Shown here: in pieces, positions 56,112-64,000 of the stretch | Position numbering within the stretch: the stretch's first letter is position 1 | How the letters are laid out: the number at the start of each line of letters is the position of its first letter | From: a virus | Strand: one strand, 5' to 3' | IMG/VR virus record: IMGVR_UViG_3300046454_000825 | Span: 1-64,000 of that record | Length of the DNA stretch: 64,000 bases | Position numbers and translations under genes: made by a program | Notes under the pieces: generated by a model | Databases searched by the model: none | What the model was told of the DNA's origin: nothing | What the model saw: the letters and a program-made list of their open reading frames with translations, nothing else

Positions 56112-56595
56112 CGTCGTTAGGCACGCTTTGTGCCTAGCGGACATGTCACAAACAGGGTGCGGGATCTTGCATGCTAACTGAGACTTGCGACACGGTTAGC
56201 CGAGATCCAAGCGTAGATTCGGAAACAAACACTTGCGAGCTCCGACTTTGTAACATATTCGCACAATGGTGGACGCCTACAGCCGGCATCGTCCCTGACG
56301 AACTGATGTTAGACCCCCCGGGTTTCCAGCGCCCATATATGCACGCCCAAACGGACCCCATCGCACCCACACGCTCGCTACATCTCGAAAAATAAATGCA
56401 GTGCTGTAAATTTCCCCAATCATCTAGAAATTTCTCAACCCTCCCAGATACCCAGCGACCCCCCAGATTCCGGCCCCTCCTCCTACCCAGCCGCCGTTCA
56501 AGGCCGCTGGACCCCCGCCAGACCCCCCGAGAGACAAGGCACGAGGACGAGGCCGAGAGCGAGGTGATGCGCGCCGCCGGCGAGTGCGCGCCACG

Positions 56596-56609
56596 GTTTC
56601 ACGTGGAAC
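56596..56609. promoter_or_regulatory. parS-like site GTTTCACGTGGAAC
   Basis: 13/14 match to the actinobacterial parS palindrome GTTTCACGTGAAAC; abuts a TATAGT -10. Confidence 0.55.
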
Positions 56610-56623
56610 GGTATAGTCACATC

Positions 56624-59422
56624 ATGCCCTCCCCCCTCGGCGATCACCTCAACGGCTACGACATCGAGTGGGACCCGCCCCGGTTCACCCCGGCGAAAGA
56701 CGGCCGGACCCTCCTGGTGAAGTGTGCTTCGGACGGGGCAGTGCGCGCCGGCGCTCACATCGGTAACGATGGGCACATCTCGCACGTCGCGGTCGAGCCC
56801 TCCCCGTTCGGGGTCGAGGCGATGAAGATCCTCGCCATCCTGCTGCCGTAAATGCTGCAACCTCCGGGGAAATAAACGTTCCCCCCTCCAGGTTCGGATG
56901 GTAGGGTGCGGCCATGAAGATCGAGATACTGGTGACGGAGAGCGACGGGTGGATCAGGGCCACCGTCGAAAGTGACGGGACCGTGCTCGGCGAGAGCTCC
57001 TGTCCCGTGGTCGACGGCGCAGCCTTCGACTTCCGCGCCGGTGTGGTCCGGGACGCCATCGAGCAGGCGTTCCGGCCGGGGATCTGATGGAGGCCCAGCT
57101 CGCAGCGATCGAGAAGTTCTGCCGCGAGAATGAAGGCAGCTTCGCCCTCGGCGTCAGCCAGAAGGGCGGCTGGTCGGCGATGCTCAACTTCGGCCGCGAG
57201 GCCCCCGACTCCCCGATGGCCGGCGGCTCGGCGATCGGCGGCGGCGGTCCGGAGTCCACGGCTGCAGAAGCGATCACGGATGTCGTCGAAGAACTACATC
57301 TCGACTGCTGATGGCTACCTTCGAGGTCACCGCCCGCCCGATCTTCGACAACGACGACGGCGGTCTGACGGCCCGGCAGGGTCCGGTTTGTGCCCACACG
57401 AAGGGCGATCGCCTGGCCGAAGTGATGCAGGTGGCCGGGGTCAAAATCGAGGAATGGGTGGAGGCGAGCCCCGATGACGCCGAGCTCGACCCGATCGCCT
57501 TCGACGTGCGGGTGGTGGTCAACTGATGGGCTGGCTGTTCTGGCTCGGGATCATGCTGGTCCTCCTCCTGGGCGTTGCGGAACTGGCGGCGCAGTGAGGT
57601 TCAAGCGCATCCCGAGGATGGATCTGCTCCATGTCGCGGGCTGGAATGGCTTCTGGCTTGACTTCGGCGCGCCGCCGTTCACCGCGAGGACGTTCCCGTC
57701 ATGATCTGCGCGGCCTGCGAACTCGGGATGCACGACCGCTGTGCGGCCCAGTACCCGCCGCCGCCGGGCATGGTCAACAAGGCCAATTGCGACTGCGACG
57801 GGAAGTGCAAGGAGCGCCTGCAGGCCAAATATGCGGGGGAGGAGAAATGATCGACGAGACCTTGACCTGTCCCATCCACGGCGACGTGGAGGGCCTTTCC
57901 CTCAGCGAGGGGCCGCTGTCGGAGACCCACCCCTGGGCTCTCGTCTGCGAGAACTGCCACCCCCACGCGGATGTCATCGTCGGCTGGGAACTCGACGGCC
58001 ACGGCGTCGCCCGCGACTGGGAGACCTTCGGGGAGGCCCTGCTGTGAGGTTCCGCGCCACTTCCTACTCGATGGGCACGGTCGTCGAGCAGACGACATTT
58101 GAGGCCCCGACCTACTCCGCCGCGCGCCGGCACCCCGCGGTTATCGCGCTCCCCGCCGCCGGCAGCAGCGACCGGGGTAAGGTCAAGGTCATCGGGATCA
58201 AGCCGCTGCGATGAGCCTCCGCGAGAAAGCCGAAGCCGAAGTGGAGGCCGACGAGATGCGCGCCCGGGAACAGGGCGACGCCGAAGCTGACCGCGCCTAC
58301 CGCCGGCAGATCGAGGAAGCCAAGGCCGCGGCCGAGTGGCTCTCTCGCTGGTCGTCGATGTCGGTCAACCCCGAGACGATCAAGAACGCCGACGGTTACT
58401 TCCCCGGCACCCACGCCTACAAAACGTGGAAGGTGACACTCGACCAGTTCGAGCTGGTGATCAAACAGGAAAAGCGGCACCGCAGCATCGAGGAAGAGCA
58501 CGCCCCGAAATGGGACTTCGAGCTCTACCAGCGCCTGGTCAGCGGTGAGACCCGACGGGTCGACCGCCCCGCGGATCTGCTTGCGCCTGAACGGGCCGTG
58601 GCATGAAAGCCTATGTCGTCACCGAGCACTGGAAGATCGACACAGAGATCCTCGTCTACGCTGAGACCGGCGCGGAAGCCAGGGAGCAGGTTAAAACCGG
58701 TGAGAAAATCGGTGAGTATCCGGAAGTTACCAGTACCAGTCGTGGCAAGCGCGCCCCGGAGTACGATGAAATGTCTACCCCCCCTGGTAAGTAACCCACA
58801 TGGAGATCGCCGATAATTTGAAGATCAAAGGCTACTGCCCCATGGGGTGTGGTGAAACACTCTTCGTCGGCGAGGGCGGTCTCATTACCTGCTCGCTGGT
58901 CGGTTGCCCGGTTCCAGACGCAGTCTCGACCATCCTCGAAGACAACGAGACCGATCACATCGCCCGCTTTGACGAGGAAGGATTCCGGCTACAACACCCC
59001 CTGCGCGAGCGCCTAGACGGCAAGCTCTTCGGTTGCACTTTCCATTTGCGACTCGCCGACGAGCCGGAGATGCCAGTTCAGGAGCCCGGTCTCTATCGGG
59101 TGGTGATCGAGGATGACCTTCTCTACTGCACGAAGCTATGAGTCTCGACCCCCGCATATCCGAAGACGCGCCCGAGCCCGGCGATCGCCTCGGCGGCATC
59201 GCTAACCGAGTCGGCGAGGCCTTCGACGCAGACCCGGAGAAGAACGAGGGCGACCGCCTGATCGTGTTGATAGCACCGCCGGTGAAGGGTGAACGCGGCA
59301 TGATCTACTGTCACGATTACGAGGACGAGGAGACCATGCTGGACGATCTGACGATCTACTGCAAGGCACTCTTCGAGGCGCACGGTAAGAAGCTGGCGGT
59401 CCTCCCGGTAGGTGAGGGATGA
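56624..59422 (+). other. Run of small hypothetical genes (56624-56851, 56914-57087, 57087-57311, 57311-57526, 57847-58047, 58044-58214, 58211-58606, 58603-58794, 58800-59141, 59138-59422)
   Basis: Coupled ORFs; the first two have TAnnnT 6 nt before ATG (leaderless); several Cys/His Zn-binding motifs. Confidence 0.6.
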
Positions 59423-59964
59423 AGGCGATCACCCTTACCCAGCCGTGGGCGACGCTGGTGGCGATCGGCGCGAAGCACTTCGAGACCCGTTCCTGGCGCA
59501 CCAACCACACCGGGCTTCTCGCGATCCACGCTGGCAAAGGTATCCCGGCCGAGCTTGGCGGCGAGCCCGGCTTCCGCCGGATCTGTGCGGAACAACCCTT
59601 CTTCGCAGCTCTGAGTGCGGCTGGTTACACCAGCCCCGCTTCTCTGCCCCGTGGCGAGGTGGTCGCACTCAGTAACCTGCGAGGCTGCTACACCACCAAC
59701 ATGTATCAGCCCGATGACGGAGAAGTAATCAGAGGCTGGGACGACGAGTACAAGAAGTGGAAGATCGAGCCCGCATTACATGAGCGCGCCTTCGGCGACT
59801 ACAGTCCAGATCGCTACGCCTGGGGGCTGGATGAGGTCATCAACCTCGCCGCCGGCTCCGCGGACAGATATCCCTGTCGTGGGTGGCAGCAGGTTTGGAA
59901 CCTCCCCGACGAGATCGCCGAGCCGCTGGAGCAGCGTCTCTCAATGGCGCACATGCTGCTATGA
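59419..59964 (+). CDS. ASCH-domain protein
   Basis: MKAITLTQPWATLVAIGAKHFETRSW..LAIHAG..RGWQQVW. Confidence 0.9.
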   Translation: MKAITLTQPWATLVAIGAKHFETRSWRTNHTGLLAIHAGKGIPAELGGEPGFRRICAEQPFFAALSAAGYTSPASLPRGEVVALSNLRGCYTTNMYQPDDGEVIRGWDDEYKKWKIEPALHERAFGDYSPDRYAWGLDEVINLAAGSADRYPCRGWQQVWNLPDEIAEPLEQRLSMAHMLL

Positions 59965-61214
59965 GCGCCGAGCGCACCTTCATCGTCGGCGTGCCCAAAC
60001 TCGAACTGGTAGAGGAGATCGAGGCACCCACGGCCGGCGACGCAGTTCACCGTCTGCTCGACAGCACGAGCGGTGTCTTCGAGGAGAAGACTGATTCGGT
60101 CCCCTTCGGCGAAATCTTCGGTGAGATGGCACCATCGACGATCGCCTGGGTGATCGACACCAAGGACGATTCGGTGACACGGTTCAAGTTGGTACTGGGC
60201 TGGGATAAAACCACCGAGTCGATCAACTGATGGGCGCGGCCGTCTTCTTGCTCTGGGCCTGCCTGTTCCTACTGTTCATTCTTCTTAGCGGTCCGCTGAG
60301 CTGGGTCTTCTTCGGACTGATGCTTTGCGTAGCTGGCTGGGGTGGTGCACTCTTTCGCGATTGGATCGACGGTCAATGAAAGCCCCCGTGATCGCGGTCC
60401 TCTGGCTGGTGTTAATCGCCGCATATCTTGAAACATCCGGTGAGGGACGCTGGGCGCTTCTTGTGGCGGCATGGATCGTCGCCCTCTGGGGAGGCCTTGA
60501 GTTCGGCATCTGGCTGCGTCGGCGGGAGGGCCGATGAAGGCTTACATCGTCACCCAACACTGGCGCATCGACAGTGAGATCTTGGTCTACGCTGAGACAG
60601 GTGCCCTTGCAGTGGAGGATGTCGAGACGGGTGAGAAAATCGCAGACTATCCTGAACTGCGAAGTCTCAGTCGAGCTAAGCGCGCTCCTGAGTACGATGA
60701 AGACGAGGGTTCGAAGTGAGGTGGCTACGCCGCCGGCGGGCGCGGGCATCTATCGTGCGCTGCGAAGCGATCGAGGTAAAGCTCACTCTGGTTCACTTGC
60801 GGACTCTGATCAAGCTGGAGCGCAAGGAGCGACGTTACGAGGCGGTATCGTGAAGATCGAACTCACCAAGGACGACGACGCAGTGTTCGGTCAGCGTCCG
60901 AGAGGCGAGTCCATTGTCATTAACGTACCCGACGACCTCGGCGTGCAAGATGGGCGAATCCGCGCCTTCGAGATGCTGCAGCGCGACAATATCACCGAGA
61001 ACCGGATGGAGTGGACGGCGGAGGTGGTGGAGTGATCGACCGCTGGGAAACACTGCGCGGGGCCAGCATGACGAAGGAAGACGAAGGGGCATTCTTCACG
61101 GTGGCCGACGTGAAGATGGCGCTGGCCGAGCACGCGAAGACGAATGTCGCCCCGCGCAAACGCGATCGTGACCTGTACAGGGCTCTCGGTTTCACTAAGA
61201 GGCAGCCTTCCTAA
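59961..61214 (+). other. Small genes, including two 2-TM membrane proteins (60230-60379, 60376-60537) and paralogue copies (60534-60719, 60850-61035)
   Basis: Manual translation; coupled starts and stops. Confidence 0.6.
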
Positions 61215-61705
61215 TGGGTATCGTTGCCGGCCGTCATACCCTGGTTCCCGAGGACGTCGAGTGCTTCGTACAACTGAGATTCGGCGCGTTCTGTTCGATC
61301 GCGTCGGGACTCAAGATCATCTCGGGTCAGCACCCGGGTGTAGGCGCACCAAACGCGATCTCTGACTTCCCCTTCTCAGAGCATGGCTTCGGCAAATACC
61401 CCGCCTCCGAGCATGACGGCAAGGTGGTCGTAGGTAGCGACGTCTGGATCGGCCAGGACGTGAGTATCATGGCTGGCGTCGTTGTCGGGCACGGTGCGCG
61501 GATCGGCGCGGGCGCGATGGTGGTGAAGGACGTTCCTCACTATGCAGTCGTCGTCGGCAACCCCGGTGAGATCAAACGCTTCCGCTTCGATGCCTGGCAG
61601 ATCGACAAGCTGGTGGAGATCGCCTGGTGGCGCTGGTCAGATCGAGAGATCAAGGATCAGCTCTTTGAATTCGCAAACGTCGACACGTTCCTGCACGGCA
61701 AGTGA
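61214..61705 (+). CDS. CatB/Vat-like hexapeptide-repeat O-acetyltransferase
   Basis: G.FCSIA, VGSDVWIG, GHGARIGAGAMVVKDVP.YAVV.GNP, IAWWRW. Confidence 0.9.
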   Translation: MGIVAGRHTLVPEDVECFVQLRFGAFCSIASGLKIISGQHPGVGAPNAISDFPFSEHGFGKYPASEHDGKVVVGSDVWIGQDVSIMAGVVVGHGARIGAGAMVVKDVPHYAVVVGNPGEIKRFRFDAWQIDKLVEIAWWRWSDREIKDQLFEFANVDTFLHGK

Positions 61706-61733
61706 AGTTCCCCCCGACAGGTGAGACGGTTAA

Positions 61734-63872
61734 GTGAACCAGGAGACCCAAGCCGACCTGATCGCTCGCTTCCGCGGCACTACCATGCGCGCGACGTCGA
61801 CCCAATATGAACTTCTCCGCGAGTCGATCGACACCTGCGCGATCTGCGGGTACTGGATCAACCTGGACGATCTCGATGAGGAAGGCTCCTGCGAGGATTG
61901 CCGAGGGGAGGACTGATGGACGGTCTCAGCGTCGAAGACAAGGTGGCACTCCGTCAGTTCAATGATCGCTTCGATGCGGCCCTTGATCGGCTAGAGGAGA
62001 TCACCACTAACTTCGGATACGCCGTTGAGGCTATGGGCGTGGCAGCCGATCGGCTTGAAGAGGCCGCACGGCCGATGAACGATGCCGCGGACAAGATGCT
62101 GCGTGCGGGGAAGATGGGATGATCCTCCTACTTCTCTGGCTTCTGCTGATTACCCTTGCCGCCGGCGCTGCGACAGGCTCCTACCTGTTGTTCTCGATCA
62201 TGGTGCTGATCGCGGCTTGTGCCCTCGCGAGCTGGGCCTGCTCTTCGATGGGGAGTAGACAATGACGCTCTGGGACGGGGTAGATGATCATGACCGTCGG
62301 CTCGGCGAGGCGATGGAGGAGGCTGGCTTCCCAGAGGAGATCGTGAACAAGGCCCGGCAGGGTCGGTGGTCCGACTTCAAAAGCCCACTCGACGCGCCGA
62401 AGCTCTCGCTGGTAGAGCTCATTCGTTCTGGCCGTTTTGGAGATCAAGAGCCGCTGGCGCAGCGGGTAATGGAAGGTGAGTTCGATGGATAGGTGTCTGG
62501 TCTGCGGCAATCCCAAGAGCGTCGAACACACACGCGCTGTGCATGAAGTCATCGGCAGTGATAAAGGGACTCATATGTCGATTCGCATCGAGTACTGTGC
62601 TGATCGTGCGGAGTGTGGCGAGGCGCGGGCGATGGAGTTGATGGACCTCTTCAGCGGGTCATTTGTCGCTGCTATGCACGCCAAAGGAGCAGACGTTGAC
62701 CGTTGAGAACCGATTCTCTCCCCTTACGGCGCGAGAGGCGTTGCTCGCGATCAATGTCGAGCTCGCCGAGTTCCAGGATGCAAGCCGATGGGCGCGACTG
62801 GAGCGGATCGAGACGATCGCCAAGGCTGGCCTGGACCGTACCAGCCCACCGAACTTCGAGCTGACCGACCAGTTGGCAGATCGTCTCGCGGAGGCTCACG
62901 AGGTACTGCGCAAGCTGGTCGACATGGCACCCGAAGGTCCCGAGGAGCGTGACTTGGTCGATAGCGCCGCGGAGGCTCTCGCGTTGCCCCCGGATCTCGA
63001 AGCTATGGTCGAGAGGCGCATCGGTCACTGATGACCAGCCGGCATAAGCGAGACATGGAGGACGACGTCATTCACCAGATGCTCCTACGCTGGGGCGGCG
63101 GTTGGACGATCACGGAGATGGTGGCTGGTCTCAGGGAGTCGGAGGCGATGGACATCTTCGTGCACTTTGCACGTCCGCTATTTCCGTCATTTACGCTTCG
63201 TCGGAGGCTCAAGCGCCTGCAGCGGCGAGGTAAGGTCACTAGCACTCGTCTCGCGGTCGGACTCTTCGAATGGAGAGCCATTCCAGAGGAACACCCAGTT
63301 GCTGATTCAACCCTGATCGCCAAACAGATCCCAAAGGAGCCCCAGTGAGCACACGCACCGAGTACGTTCCCGGAAAGCCTTCCTCTTCCCAGGCGCATCT
63401 CCTGGCTGAAGCGGTGTTGATCGCCTACAAGGCCGGGTGGAAGGGTTCGATGCGCGAAAACGCGCGGCCGTCGCTTCCGGGATGGGCGACCTTGCCGACC
63501 ATCAGCTCTCTCCGCTCCAAAGGACTCGTCGAGCCCGCTGAGGATGGCAAGAGGCGTGGCGGCTACAAGAAGCTAACCATCCACGGTGTTGCCGCCGGCG
63601 AGGCAACCTACAAAGCGACCTATGGCATCTCTGCCGAGGACCAGGCGGAAAAGAACGCGAAGGAAAGACAGAAAGTCGAGCAGGATGCGCAGGATCGGAA
63701 AGACAGGGTCAAGCACCTCTTCCGCGGGTTGCATGTCGACAGGCAGGCGAGCTACTCCGCCAAGGGCAAGAAAGGCCGCTCGATCGCTGCACACATCGAC
63801 CGCAGCTCGTCGATCCAGATGAACATCGACGACCTGCTCGTGCTCGGCGAGGAGATCGAGAAGCTCCGGTGA
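61734..63872 (+). other. Run of small hypothetical genes (61734-61916, 61916-62122, 62119-62265 membrane, 62262-62492, 62485-62706, 62696-63031, 63031-63348, 63345-63872)
   Basis: Coupled ORFs; the last two look wHTH-like. Confidence 0.6.
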
Positions 63873-64000
63873 CCGACGAGCCCAACGAATGCCCGGTCGA
63901 CGGCTGCGACAACGGCCGTCAGACCAATCAGCTCATGTGCAAGAAGCACTGGTACATGGTGCCGCGCGAGCTGCGCAACGAGGTCTGGGCCGCGGCCAAG
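63869..64000 (+). CDS. Zn-finger protein, 3' truncated
   Basis: CPVDGC..MCKKHWYMVP.ELR.EVW. Confidence 0.65.
   Translation, partial: MTDEPNECPVDGCDNGRQTNQLMCKKHWYMVPRELRNEVWAAAK

Noticed and set aside
61214-61705. Confident antibiotic-resistance (vat/catB) call
   Set aside because: Family motifs do not specify the substrate
1-64000. tRNA, tmRNA, rRNA genes, introns, inteins and IS elements
   Set aside because: None recognised by eye; tRNAscan-SE and Infernal would be needed to exclude them

Overview
The whole window is one high-GC tailed-phage (siphovirus-like) genome segment. The host is probably an actinobacterium; Thermoleophilia/Solirubrobacterales is a guess from the Rpf-like lysin. 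1-29.5 kb (+) is the virion module: C-terminal end of the large terminase, portal, a head-fibre-like protein, protease/scaffold, decoration protein, major capsid protein, head-tail connectors, major tail protein, chaperone pair, tape measure, Dit, hub, two paralogous fibres (one collagen-like), a zincin-lectin protein and a secreted transglycosylase lysin. 30-46.5 kb (+) holds recombination/replication genes (SSAP, PD-(D/E)XK exonuclease, initiator, DnaB, SSB), a 7-kb block of six glycosyltransferase and two methyltransferase domains, an SNF2 helicase and a sigma factor. 46.5-53.4 kb (-) carries a tyrosine recombinase, a stand-alone RuvB and a secreted metzincin. 53.8-64 kb (+) holds small early-type genes, including a second, divergent sigma-like protein, ASCH and a hexapeptide acetyltransferase. 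Main leads: (1) a candidate virion glycosylation system (GT/MT cluster plus an A-S-[G/A] motif enriched in exposed virion proteins); (2) a two-sigma cascade with a five-copy late-promoter motif TCGTAnATTA, one copy driving a nested scaffold gene; (3) a fully nested out-of-frame gene inside a MT-GT fusion; (4) a parS-like site with a Xer-like recombinase; (5) several structured non-coding RNA candidates. All calls are by-eye motif recognition; no searches were run.
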